From Candidatus Deferrimicrobiaceae bacterium (GTDB lineage Bacteria > Desulfobacterota > Deferrimicrobia > Deferrimicrobiales > Deferrimicrobiaceae): a stretch of 64,000 bases of DNA. The notes beneath the pieces are model-generated. The model was given only the letters and a program-made list of their open reading frames with translations. It was not told the origin of the DNA and did not search any database. The stretch's first letter is position 1. The number at the start of each line of letters is the position of its first letter. A program made the translations under genes and the position numbers. Positions 38,795-47,852 of the stretch are shown here, piece after piece. The stretch covers positions 608,001 to 672,000 of the forward strand of contig CAWBVY010000004.1 in NCBI GenBank assembly GCA_963792415.1. Direction: 5' to 3'.

Positions 38795-41230
38795 TCAGCA
38801 CTCGCTGAAGCCGCAGGAGCGGCACTTGAGGCACCCCTCCTGCCGCTCGACCTGGCTGCCGCAGTCGGGGCAGGCGCCGCGGGCGATCTCCTCCTCCCAG
38901 CCGGAGTGGGACGCCTTCTTCGCCTCGGGCCGGGCGGCCTCGGCGGCGGGTTTCGGGAAGCCGGGGAACATCGCCTCGAAGTTTTCGAGGTACCACTCGA
39001 TCGCCTTCGACACGGCGTCGGCGCAGGAGAGGATCTTCCCTCCGCCGTTGCCGCCCCAGGAGGGAAGGTGGCAGGAGATCCCCTTCAACTGCTTGACGAT
39101 CATCCCGGGCTGCACGCCGGACCGCAGCGCGAGGGAGGCGAGGCGCCCGATCGCCTCCGACTGCGACGCGGCGCATCCGCCGGCCTTCCCCATCTGGTTG
39201 AACACCTCGAAGATCCCCTTTTCGTCCCGGTTGATCGTGACGTAGAGCTTTCCGCAGCTGGTCTTGATCTCCTTCGTGACGCCGATCAGGGTGTCGGGCC
39301 GCGGGCGAGGGGTGACGAACGGCTCGGGCCCGGGGACCGACGCCGGTTCCTGCGCTCCCGCCTTCGCGTTTACGCCGCCGATGTTCAGGACCTGCTCGTC
39401 GCGGCTCTTGTCCCGGTATACGGTGACGCCCTTGCATCCGAGGCGGTAGGCGAGGACGAACACCTTCCGGATGTCGTCGCGCGTGGCGTCGGACGGGAAG
39501 TTCACCGTCTTGGACACCGCGTTTTCGGTGTACTTCTGGAAGGCCGCCTGCATCCGCAGGTGGGCCTCCGGGGAGATGTCGTGCGCCGTGACGTAGACCC
39601 GGGCGACGTCCTCGGGGATCGACTCCAGGTGCCGGAGCGTGCCCACCTTCGAGAGCTCGGTCATCCGCTCGACGGAGTAGAGCCCCCGGCGCCGCATCTC
39701 GGCCTCGAAGAGGGGGTGGACCTCCACGAGGTGGTCGTTGTCCATCACGTTGCGGGTGTAGGAGAGGGCGAAGATCGGCTCGATCCCGCTGGAGACGCCC
39801 GCGATGATGCTGATCGTCCCCGTGGGGGCGATCGTCGTGGTGGTGGCGTTGCGCCGGGGCGCGCCGCCCCGCTCCGGGAAGACGCTGACGTCGTAGTTCG
39901 GAAAGGCACCCCGCTCGCGGGCGAGGTTGCAGGAGGCGGCCCCCGACTCCTCCTGGACGAAGCTCATCAGCTCCTGGGCTACCGCCAGCGCCTCGTCGGA
40001 GTCGTACGGGATCCCGAGCGCGATCAGCATGTCGGCGAACCCCATGACGCCGAGGCCGATCTTCCGGTTCCCGATGGTCATGTGCCGGATCTGGGGGAGG
40101 GGGTAGTTGTTCATGTCGATCACGTCGTCGAGGAACCGGACCGCCGTGACCACCGTGGTCTTCAGCTTGTCGTAGTCGATCCGCGCGTGCCCGTCCTGCG
40201 TCGTGATCATGTTCGCCAGGTTGATGGAGCCCAGGTTGCACGATTCGTACGGCAGCAGCGGCTGTTCTCCGCACGGGTTCGTGCTTTCGATCGCGCCGAT
40301 CCGCGGCGTGGGGTTGTCCCGGTTGATCCGGTCGATGAAGATCATCCCGGGTTCGCCGTTCTTCCAGGAGGAGTCGACGATCCGCTCGAAGACCTCGCGG
40401 GCCGGGAGGCGCCCGGTGACCTCCCGGGAGTGCGGGTTGACCAGGCTGTACTCCTCGCTGTTCTCGACCGCCTTCATGAACTCCTCGGTGAGTGCGACGG
40501 AGATGTTGAAGTTGTTGAGCCGGCTCGTCTGGCTCTTGCAGGTGATGAAGTCGAGGATGTCCGGGTGGTCGACCCGCAGGATCCCCATGTTGGCGCCGCG
40601 CCGCGTCCCGCCCTGCTTGATCGTCTCGGTGGCCGCGTCGAACACGGTCATGAAGGAGATCGGGCCGGAGGAGACTCCCTTCGTCGAGCGGACGACATCG
40701 GCGTGCGGTCGCAGGCGGGAGAAGGAGAAGCCGGTCCCCCCTCCGCTCTTGTGGATGAGGGCCGTGTTCTTGACCGCCTCGAAGATCGACTCCATCGAGT
40801 CCTCCACCGGGAGGACGAAGCACGCCGACAGCTGCTGAAGCTCGCGCCCCGCGTTCATCAGCGTGGGGGAGTTGGGGAGGAAGTCCAGCCGGAGCATCGT
40901 CACGTAGAACGCCTCCGCCCACCGGAGCACCACCTCGGGGAGGGCCCCGTAGTAGAGGCCTTCCGCCAGCGCGATGTTGTACGCTACGCGGCACACCATC
41001 TCCTCGGGGGTTTCGAGCGGGTCCCCCTTCATCCCCTTTTTCAGGTAGCGGCGCTCCAGCACCGTACGGGCGTTCTCCGAGACCGGCATGGGACCGTATT
41101 TCCGCAGGAGGGCCTCGGCCCACGCCTGCGGCGGATGGTCGTGAAGCGCCTTCCCGGCGGTGCGCGCGGGGCCGTCGTTCAGGCCGGCCGATGTTGGTGA
41201 AGGGACCGTTGCTGGGACGTTCAGATCCAT
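38795..41230 (-). CDS. nrdJ: Class II (B12-dependent) ribonucleotide reductase with C-terminal TSCPD-like and zinc-finger domains
   Basis: PNSPTLMNAG, LSACFV, KSGGGTG, TNPCGEQPL, SCNLGSIN, IAPTGTIS, TSCGKLYVT, CPDC..CRSC; GGAG SD before MDLN. Confidence 0.93.
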   Translation of the reverse strand: MDLNVPATVPSPTSAGLNDGPARTAGKALHDHPPQAWAEALLRKYGPMPVSENARTVLERRYLKKGMKGDPLETPEEMVCRVAYNIALAEGLYYGALPEVVLRWAEAFYVTMLRLDFLPNSPTLMNAGRELQQLSACFVLPVEDSMESIFEAVKNTALIHKSGGGTGFSFSRLRPHADVVRSTKGVSSGPISFMTVFDAATETIKQGGTRRGANMGILRVDHPDILDFITCKSQTSRLNNFNISVALTEEFMKAVENSEEYSLVNPHSREVTGRLPAREVFERIVDSSWKNGEPGMIFIDRINRDNPTPRIGAIESTNPCGEQPLLPYESCNLGSINLANMITTQDGHARIDYDKLKTTVVTAVRFLDDVIDMNNYPLPQIRHMTIGNRKIGLGVMGFADMLIALGIPYDSDEALAVAQELMSFVQEESGAASCNLARERGAFPNYDVSVFPERGGAPRRNATTTTIAPTGTISIIAGVSSGIEPIFALSYTRNVMDNDHLVEVHPLFEAEMRRRGLYSVERMTELSKVGTLRHLESIPEDVARVYVTAHDISPEAHLRMQAAFQKYTENAVSKTVNFPSDATRDDIRKVFVLAYRLGCKGVTVYRDKSRDEQVLNIGGVNAKAGAQEPASVPGPEPFVTPRPRPDTLIGVTKEIKTSCGKLYVTINRDEKGIFEVFNQMGKAGGCAASQSEAIGRLASLALRSGVQPGMIVKQLKGISCHLPSWGGNGGGKILSCADAVSKAIEWYLENFEAMFPGFPKPAAEAARPEAKKASHSGWEEEIARGACPDCGSQVERQEGCLKCRSCGFSEC

Positions 41231-41269
41231 CGATTCGCTCCGTTTCATGGTCGGTGGTATCGGGTCAGG

Positions 41270-41334
41270 GTAGCCTATCTTGTGGTTTGGTTGCGCGACC
41301 AATACAAGATATGGTGTCGCCCCCGGGCTGTCAA
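41270..41334 (-). promoter_or_regulatory. nrdJ promoter with tandem NrdR boxes
   Basis: TTGACA (41334-41329)-N17-TATCTT. Box ATACAAGATATGGTGT (41302-41317) fits acaCwAtATaTwGtgt; a degenerate second box lies 32 bp away (41270-41285). Confidence 0.75.
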
Positions 41335-41471
41335 GAAAAAGCGAGGGAGAAAGAAACATTTCGCTAACTGCACGTTCTGCGTACCGTTCTTCGGAAATAA
41401 AACGACGTGTTTCCTCTTTGCGGCTCCAGTACGCCCGCCACATGGACGCTTCTCCGCAGGGGGGCTTCCCG

Positions 41472-41641
41472 CTCGTGCCCCCCGCTTCTCCTGCAGCGGG
41501 GGTACCCCGGGGAGCGCATCTCGTCCGGGACCGGGAGTGGGGTGCGCCCGCTTGTGCGGGTGGGCAAGGAATGCCCTCCGCCCCACTGCGAGCTTCGCGC
41601 CGCTTTGGTACCCCCGCGGGAAAATGCCAAGGGGGCACGAG
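41472..41641. repeat. Dispersed palindromic element, copy 3 (full length, terminal inverted repeats)
   Basis: CTCGTGCCCCC...GGGGGCACGAG termini; inner GCGGGGGTACC...GGTACCCCCGC. Confidence 0.85.
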
Positions 41642-41711
41642 GAGCACCGCGTTACGGGATTACCGGACCGGGCGGCATTTTTTCCTTGATTCCGTAACGA
41701 TCGATGCTGTA

Positions 41712-41726
41712 TGTATACAGTCTACA
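41712..41726. promoter_or_regulatory. Palindromic operator, GntR-like
   Basis: TGTATACAGTCTACA (one mismatch), about 60 nt upstream of the cytochrome operon. Confidence 0.65.
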
Positions 41727-41787
41727 ACATGCACGACCGACTCCCCGCGACTCTGTGACCCGCGACATCGAACAAGGGGTGGATGCG

Positions 41788-43836
41788 ATGATGATAAAGC
41801 GCAGGCGTACGCTTCGGTCTTTCCTCACGGCGATTCCCGCCTTGACGATCCTTCTCCTTCTCCCGGGCGCTGCCTCCGCGCTGGACAACGGGCAATGTTT
41901 CGACTGCCACGGCGACCAGGGGATCCTCGGCTGGTCCCCCGCGGAGAAGGCCTCCAACGTGACGCCGGGGGGGGCGAAGGAAGCGCCGCACGTCGGGGGG
42001 AATTTCCCGGGGATGTCCCTCTACGTCGACCCCGGGCTCTACAAGCAGTCCGTGCACGCGGACGTCTCCTGCACCGACTGCCACGCGGACGTCAAGGACG
42101 TGCCGCACACCGCGCGGCTCAAGGACGTCGACTGCTCCGGCTGCCACTCCGAGGTGGCGTCCACCTACGCGAAGAGCCGGCACGTCCTCACCTTCGGCAG
42201 GAACCGGATCGACAACGCGCCCGCCTGCGTCGATTGCCACGGCGCGCACGCCGTCCCCAAGTCGTCCGTGTCCACCTCTCCCGTCTACTTCCGGAACATC
42301 GCCACGACGTGCACCCGGTGCCACGGGGACAAGACGATCACCGACAACCGGAACATCGCCATCCCGGGAGCGGCGAAGCAGTACGAGAAAAGCATCCACA
42401 ACCGGGGCATCGTCGAAGCGGGGCTGAACAAGTCCGCCTCCTGCATCGATTGCCACGGCGCCCACAACATGAAGGACCGGAGAGACCCCTCCTCGTCCAT
42501 CAACAAGACGAACCTGCCCGCGACGTGCGGGAGGTGCCACTTCGGGGTGTACGCCCTCTACAAGGACAGCGTGCACGGCACGGCCCTGGTGCGCGGCGTC
42601 CCCGACGCCCCCAACTGCGCCGACTGCCACGGCGAGCACGACATCCGCTCCGTCACCGACCCGAGCTCTCCCGTCTCGTTCACCGCCATTTCCCAGACGA
42701 CGTGCGCCTCCTGCCACGCCGCCGAGAAGCTGGCCGCCCGCTACGGGGTGCCGGTGGACAAGGTGCGCGGGTACCAGCAGAGCTTCCACGGCCTCTCCGC
42801 GCGCCTGGGGGACAAGACCGTGGCGAACTGCGCGTCCTGCCACGGCGACCACGCGATCTACCCTTCGTCCGATCCGCGCTCCACGATCAACCCGAAGAAC
42901 CTTCCCGTCACCTGCGGCAAATGCCACCCCGGCGCCACGGCGAACTTCGCCAGCGGGAACATCCACGTGGGCCCCGGCGGCATCGGGGGCAGGATCAAGT
43001 ACTGGGTGGAGCAGTTCTACATCTGGATGATCGTCGTGGTGATCGGCGGGATGATCGTCCACAACGGGTTCGACTACTTCCGGAAGATGCAGGCGCTCTA
43101 CCGCAAGCGGCGGCAATGGCGGCAGCCCGCGTACGAGCGGCTCAACCGCTCCGAGCGGACGCAGCACATCCTGACCCTTTCGACCTTCTTCACGCTGGTG
43201 ATCACGGGGTTCGCCCTGAAGTTCAAATGGTCGATCCCGCTGATCTCCGACGAGGTCAACGTCGTGCTGCGCGGCTGGGGTCACCGCGTCGCCGCCGTCC
43301 TCATGATCGCGACCAGCATCTACCACGTCTTCTACGCGGTCTTCACCGCCCGGGGACGCGGCCAGGTCTGGCGGATGCTCCCCCGGTGGAAGGACGCGGA
43401 GGACGTCGTGGGGACGATCCGGTACTATCTCGGCCTCGCGGACCACAAGCCGAAGTTCGACCGGTTCAGTTACGTGGAGAAGGCGGAGTACCTCGCGCTG
43501 GTCTGGGGCACGATCGTGATGGTCGTCACCGGCTTCCTGCTCTGGTTCCAGGACGAGGCGCTGAAGCATATCCCGATGTGGGGGCTGGACGTGGCCACGA
43601 TCATCCACTACTACGAAGCGATCCTGGCCACCCTGGCAATCTTCGTCTGGCACCTTTATTACGTGTTCGTGAACCCGGATTTCGCGCCCATGTCGTTCAC
43701 CTGGATCGACGGGAAGCTCTCCCGGCACGACATGGAGCATGAGCACGCCCTCGAGCTCGAGGAGATCGACGCGTACGTGCGCCGCGGGGAGACTCCGCCG
43801 CCCGACGTCACCCGGATCGCCACGGAGGAGGAATGA
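41788..43836 (+). CDS. CbcL-like fusion: 11-heme cytochrome c plus FdnI/HydC-type cytochrome b
   Basis: Signal peptide; 11 CxxCH; C-terminal ERTQH, LVITGF, HRVAA, RFSYVEKAEY, HYYEAILA, WHLY, EHEHALE. Confidence 0.9.
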   Translation: MMIKRRRTLRSFLTAIPALTILLLLPGAASALDNGQCFDCHGDQGILGWSPAEKASNVTPGGAKEAPHVGGNFPGMSLYVDPGLYKQSVHADVSCTDCHADVKDVPHTARLKDVDCSGCHSEVASTYAKSRHVLTFGRNRIDNAPACVDCHGAHAVPKSSVSTSPVYFRNIATTCTRCHGDKTITDNRNIAIPGAAKQYEKSIHNRGIVEAGLNKSASCIDCHGAHNMKDRRDPSSSINKTNLPATCGRCHFGVYALYKDSVHGTALVRGVPDAPNCADCHGEHDIRSVTDPSSPVSFTAISQTTCASCHAAEKLAARYGVPVDKVRGYQQSFHGLSARLGDKTVANCASCHGDHAIYPSSDPRSTINPKNLPVTCGKCHPGATANFASGNIHVGPGGIGGRIKYWVEQFYIWMIVVVIGGMIVHNGFDYFRKMQALYRKRRQWRQPAYERLNRSERTQHILTLSTFFTLVITGFALKFKWSIPLISDEVNVVLRGWGHRVAAVLMIATSIYHVFYAVFTARGRGQVWRMLPRWKDAEDVVGTIRYYLGLADHKPKFDRFSYVEKAEYLALVWGTIVMVVTGFLLWFQDEALKHIPMWGLDVATIIHYYEAILATLAIFVWHLYYVFVNPDFAPMSFTWIDGKLSRHDMEHEHALELEEIDAYVRRGETPPPDVTRIATEEE

Positions 43837-45101
43837 AGAGGATGCTCCGCCACTATCTTGCCGCGGTCTTCGCCGCCGCCGCGCTGCTGTCGGCCGGGCT
43901 TGCCGCCGGGGCCGACCCGGGCATGGGCGAATGCATGGATTGCCACGAGGACAAGACGATCGAGAAGACGTTGCCCAACGGACAGGCGGTGTCGCTCTAC
44001 GTCGACCTGCAGGCGTACCGTTCCTCGGTCCACGGGAAGGGCTCCTGCGTCACCTGCCACGCCGACGCGAAGGCGCCGCACGAGACGCTGAAGAAGGTCG
44101 ACTGCGGAAGATGCCACAGCGACGCCGCGAAATCGTACTCCCTGAGCTCCCACGGGAAGGTGCGGGCGAAGGGCGCCACGGACGTCCCGGGATGCCACGA
44201 CTGCCACGGGAGGCACGACATCCGCAGGCCGACGGATCCCGAGGCGCGGACCTTCCGCCTCAACATCGTGGCGACCTGCCTGCGGTGCCACAAGGACCAG
44301 GCGATCGAGGTGAAATACAACCTGCCGGGCCAGCTGGTGATGACCGCCTACGAGCAGAGCGTCCACGGGATGGCGTCGAAAAAGGCCGGCCTCACCGGCA
44401 GCGCCGTCTGCCCCGACTGCCACGGGAACCACACCATCCTTCCGGGCGACGATCCCAAGTCCGCCACCTTCCGGCAGAACATCCCGACCCTGTGCGGGAA
44501 GTGCCACTCCGGCATCCTCGAGAAGTACGAGAAGAGCATCCACGGAAAGGGGATGCGGGCGGGGATCGCCGAATCGCCGGTGTGCACGGATTGCCACGGA
44601 GAGCACACGATCGCGAGGGTCGCCGACGCGTCCTCGTCCGTGAGTTCCCGGAACATCCCCAAGACGTGCTCGGGCTGCCACGACAAGGAGGGGATCTCCA
44701 CGCGGTACGCCCTCCCCAAGAAGCGGTTCTCCTCCTACATGGATTCGTTCCACGGGATCGCCGTCGAATACGGTATGACGAAGGCCGCCAACTGCTCCTC
44801 CTGCCACGGGGTGCACGAAATCCTGCCGTCCTCCGACCCGGCGTCCACGGTCAACAAGGCGAATCTTCCGAAGACGTGCGGGAAGTGCCACCCCAACGCG
44901 GGCCCCAACTTCGCGAAGGGCGACGTCCACGTGGAGGTTTCCCCGAAGAAGGCGATGGGGGTGTTCGCCGTCCGGGTCTTCTACACGATCTTCATCGGCA
45001 CACTGGTGATCCTGTTCGTCCTGCACGTCAGCCTCGAGCTGTACGGCCGCTGGAACCGCAGGAAGGAAAAGCCGCCGGGCGGAAACGGGGGACCGTCATG
45101 A
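43833..45101 (+). CDS. 11-heme cytochrome c with C-terminal membrane anchor
   Basis: Signal peptide, 11 CxxCH, repeated S(V/I/F)HG spacers, C-terminal TM helix with His. Confidence 0.9.
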   Translation: MKRMLRHYLAAVFAAAALLSAGLAAGADPGMGECMDCHEDKTIEKTLPNGQAVSLYVDLQAYRSSVHGKGSCVTCHADAKAPHETLKKVDCGRCHSDAAKSYSLSSHGKVRAKGATDVPGCHDCHGRHDIRRPTDPEARTFRLNIVATCLRCHKDQAIEVKYNLPGQLVMTAYEQSVHGMASKKAGLTGSAVCPDCHGNHTILPGDDPKSATFRQNIPTLCGKCHSGILEKYEKSIHGKGMRAGIAESPVCTDCHGEHTIARVADASSSVSSRNIPKTCSGCHDKEGISTRYALPKKRFSSYMDSFHGIAVEYGMTKAANCSSCHGVHEILPSSDPASTVNKANLPKTCGKCHPNAGPNFAKGDVHVEVSPKKAMGVFAVRVFYTIFIGTLVILFVLHVSLELYGRWNRRKEKPPGGNGGPS

Positions 45102-45793
45102 GCCGCGCCGATCTCGCGGCAGGGAAAGTGATCCGGATGTCGCTTCTCTTCCGCATACAGCACCTCATCCTGACGGTGCTGCTCACGTTGCTGGCCATCA
45201 CGGGGTTCGCCCTGATGTACCACGAGAACTCCCTGGCCCGGTGGATCATCGAGATCGAGGGGGGCGTCCACAACCGGGGGATCGTGCACCGGGTCGCCGC
45301 CGTCCTCCTGATGGCGAACCTCGTGTACCACGCCTTCTACATGCTTCTCTCCCGGGAAGGGAGGCCGGAGCTGAGCCAGCTCTTCATCGTCAGGAAGGAC
45401 TTCGACGATTTTCTCCAGTCGCTCCGGTACAACCTCGGGATGTCCAAGGAGTACCCGCGCTTCGGGAAGTACGGGTACAAGGAGAAGTTCCAGTACTGGG
45501 GCGCATCGATAGGGATCCTCCTGATCTCCGCTACCGGCATCATGCTGTGGGCGGAGGAATTCTCCATGCGCTTCTTCCCGAAGTTCATCCTCGACCTGGC
45601 ACTCATCATCCACGGGTACCAGGGGCTCCTGGGGTTCGTTCTCCTGTACCTGTGGCACATCTACAACGTCCACCTGCACCCCTCCTCCTTCCCGATGAAC
45701 CCGTCGTGGATCACCGGGAAGGTGTCCGTGGAGTGGCTGCGCGAGGAACATCCCCTGGAATACGAAAAACTGAAAGAGGAAGGGCTGTTATGA
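45098..45793 (+). CDS. FdnI/HydC-type cytochrome b
   Basis: RIQH, ITGF, VHRVAA, KYGYKEKFQYW, IHGYQ, WHIYNVH, EEHPLE. Confidence 0.88.
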   Translation: MSRADLAAGKVIRMSLLFRIQHLILTVLLTLLAITGFALMYHENSLARWIIEIEGGVHNRGIVHRVAAVLLMANLVYHAFYMLLSREGRPELSQLFIVRKDFDDFLQSLRYNLGMSKEYPRFGKYGYKEKFQYWGASIGILLISATGIMLWAEEFSMRFFPKFILDLALIIHGYQGLLGFVLLYLWHIYNVHLHPSSFPMNPSWITGKVSVEWLREEHPLEYEKLKEEGLL

Positions 45794-46854
45794 GGAAGTA
45801 CGCGTTCGCGGCGGTCCTGGTCTTTCTCGGGGGGGCGTTCCTCCCCGGCTTCGCGCGGGACGCCTCCGCCTCGATCGCGCTGGAGAAGTGCACCCTGTGC
45901 CACGGAAAGCCCGAGTTCCGCAAGTTGCTGGTGGACGGACAGATCCGGGACCTCTTCGTCACCGGGGACACGCTGGCGGGGTCGGTGCACGCGAAGAAGG
46001 TGTGCGCGGATTGCCATTTCGACGTGAGCGAGATCCCCCACCGGGAGCGCCCGAAGCGGGTGACCTGCACCCACTGCCATTTCAAGGGGAACCACGAGGG
46101 GGCGCCCCAGTCCGACAACGTCCTCGCGTACTTCGACTCGGCCCACGGCACGGCGATCGCCCGCGGGAACACGAAGGCGCCGCTGTGCCAGGATTGCCAC
46201 GGCAGCCACCAGATCCTGAAAGCGAAGGATCCCGGGTCGAGGGTCGCAAGGGAAAACGTCGCCGAGACGTGCGGCAAGTGCCACATGGAGATCTACGCCC
46301 AGTTCAAGGGGTCGATCCACGGGACGGCGCTCGCGAAGGGGATCGCGGAAGTGCCCTCCTGCACGGGGTGCCACGGGGAGCACCGGATCTACGCCCACAG
46401 CGACCCCAAGTCGACCATCTACGCGACCCACGTGTCGGAGCAGTGCTCGAAGTGCCACGCATCCGTCAAGATCATGGGGAAGTTCGGGATCGAGACGGAG
46501 CAGGTGGCCACCTACAAGGAGTCGTTCCACGGCGTGGCGAACCAGTTCGGCTCCCGCACGGTGGCGAACTGCTCCTCCTGCCACGGGGTTCACGATATCC
46601 GGCCGCAGGAGGATCCGTCCTCCATGGTGAACCCGAAGAACGTTCCGAAGACGTGCGGGAGGTGCCACCCGGGCGCCAACCCGAACTTCGCGGTGGGGAA
46701 GATCCACGTGGACGCGAAGAACAAGGAGTCGGGGATCATCTACTGGACGGCGGCGTTCTTCAAGTGGCTCACCATCGGCACCATGCTCGCCCTTGTCGCG
46801 CACATCTTCCTCGACATGTACGGAAGAACGAAGCGCCTGCGCGGTGAGCGGTGA
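45790..46854 (+). CDS. 9-heme cytochrome c with C-terminal membrane anchor
   Basis: Signal peptide; 9 CxxCH; C-terminal TM helix with His. Confidence 0.9.
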   Translation: MRKYAFAAVLVFLGGAFLPGFARDASASIALEKCTLCHGKPEFRKLLVDGQIRDLFVTGDTLAGSVHAKKVCADCHFDVSEIPHRERPKRVTCTHCHFKGNHEGAPQSDNVLAYFDSAHGTAIARGNTKAPLCQDCHGSHQILKAKDPGSRVARENVAETCGKCHMEIYAQFKGSIHGTALAKGIAEVPSCTGCHGEHRIYAHSDPKSTIYATHVSEQCSKCHASVKIMGKFGIETEQVATYKESFHGVANQFGSRTVANCSSCHGVHDIRPQEDPSSMVNPKNVPKTCGRCHPGANPNFAVGKIHVDAKNKESGIIYWTAAFFKWLTIGTMLALVAHIFLDMYGRTKRLRGER

Positions 46855-46904
46855 CCACGCCCGGCGGGACGGAACGATAAGCGCATATCACGAACGATCG
46901 GGGA

Positions 46905-47852
46905 GTGACGAGAATGCCTGAGGACGACCGGAAGGACGCAACCAAAGACGCTGTCGCAAGGGAGATCGACGCGGCGGTGGACGAGCAGGTTTCGGGGCTG
47001 CCCCCGGAACAGGCGGAGGCGCTGCGCGAGAAGATCCGGCTGCGCGTGCGGGACGAGATCGAGCGGGACCTTCGGGCCCGGACCGTCTCGGAACGGAGGG
47101 AGGCGGCCCGCCTCGCGAAAGAGGCGCGGAAGAGGGAGAAGCGCGCGGAGGAGGGGGAGACGTACCTCCGGTTCAACCGGAACTTCCGCTTCCAGCACAT
47201 GGTGATGTTCTCCTCGGTCATTCTCCTGATCATCACGGGGATGCCGCTGAAGTTCCCCAACTTCATCCTCTCGCGCTTCGTCATCAACTTCTGGGGCGGG
47301 ATCCAGAACTCCACCATCGTCCACCGCATCGGCGCGGTGATGCTGATCTACTTCATGGTCCACCACTTCCTCTACACGATCCTGACGCGGGACGGCCGGC
47401 GCGACTTCATGCTCCTTCTTCCGAAGCCCGGCGACGCGAAGGACATCGTGCACAACATCCGGCACTTCCTCGGCAAGGTTCCCGACAAGCCGCGCTTCGG
47501 GCGGTTCAGCTACATCGAGAAGTTCGACTACTGGGCGGTCTACTGGGGCTGCATCATCATGATCGGGTCGGGACTGTTCCTCTGGTTCGAGTCGGAAGTC
47601 CTGCGGTTCCTCCCGAAGTATTCCCTCGACGTGGCGCACGAGATGCACAGCGACGAGGCGATGCTGGCGACCCTCGCGATCGTCATCTGGCACTTCTACA
47701 ACGTCCACTTCAACCCCGACCGGTTCCCGGGGACGCTGCTCTGGTGGCACGGCCAGATGTCCGAGCATGAGATGAAGGAAGAGCACCCCCTCGAACTGGA
47801 GGAGATCCTGGCCCGGCGCGCCAAGGAGTCGGCGGAGGTCACCCACCGATGA
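46905..47852 (+). CDS. FdnI/HydC-type cytochrome b with charged N-terminal extension
   Basis: RFQH, ITGMP, VHRIGA, RFSYIEKFDYW, HSDEAMLA, WHFYNVH, EEHPLE; about 80-aa helical N-terminal region. Confidence 0.88.
   Translation: MTRMPEDDRKDATKDAVAREIDAAVDEQVSGLPPEQAEALREKIRLRVRDEIERDLRARTVSERREAARLAKEARKREKRAEEGETYLRFNRNFRFQHMVMFSSVILLIITGMPLKFPNFILSRFVINFWGGIQNSTIVHRIGAVMLIYFMVHHFLYTILTRDGRRDFMLLLPKPGDAKDIVHNIRHFLGKVPDKPRFGRFSYIEKFDYWAVYWGCIIMIGSGLFLWFESEVLRFLPKYSLDVAHEMHSDEAMLATLAIVIWHFYNVHFNPDRFPGTLLWWHGQMSEHEMKEEHPLELEEILARRAKESAEVTHR

Noticed and set aside
41231-41647. N-terminal extension of NrdJ in the ORF track
   Set aside because: It runs through the promoter, the NrdR boxes and the repeat element; an SD supports the start at 41230.
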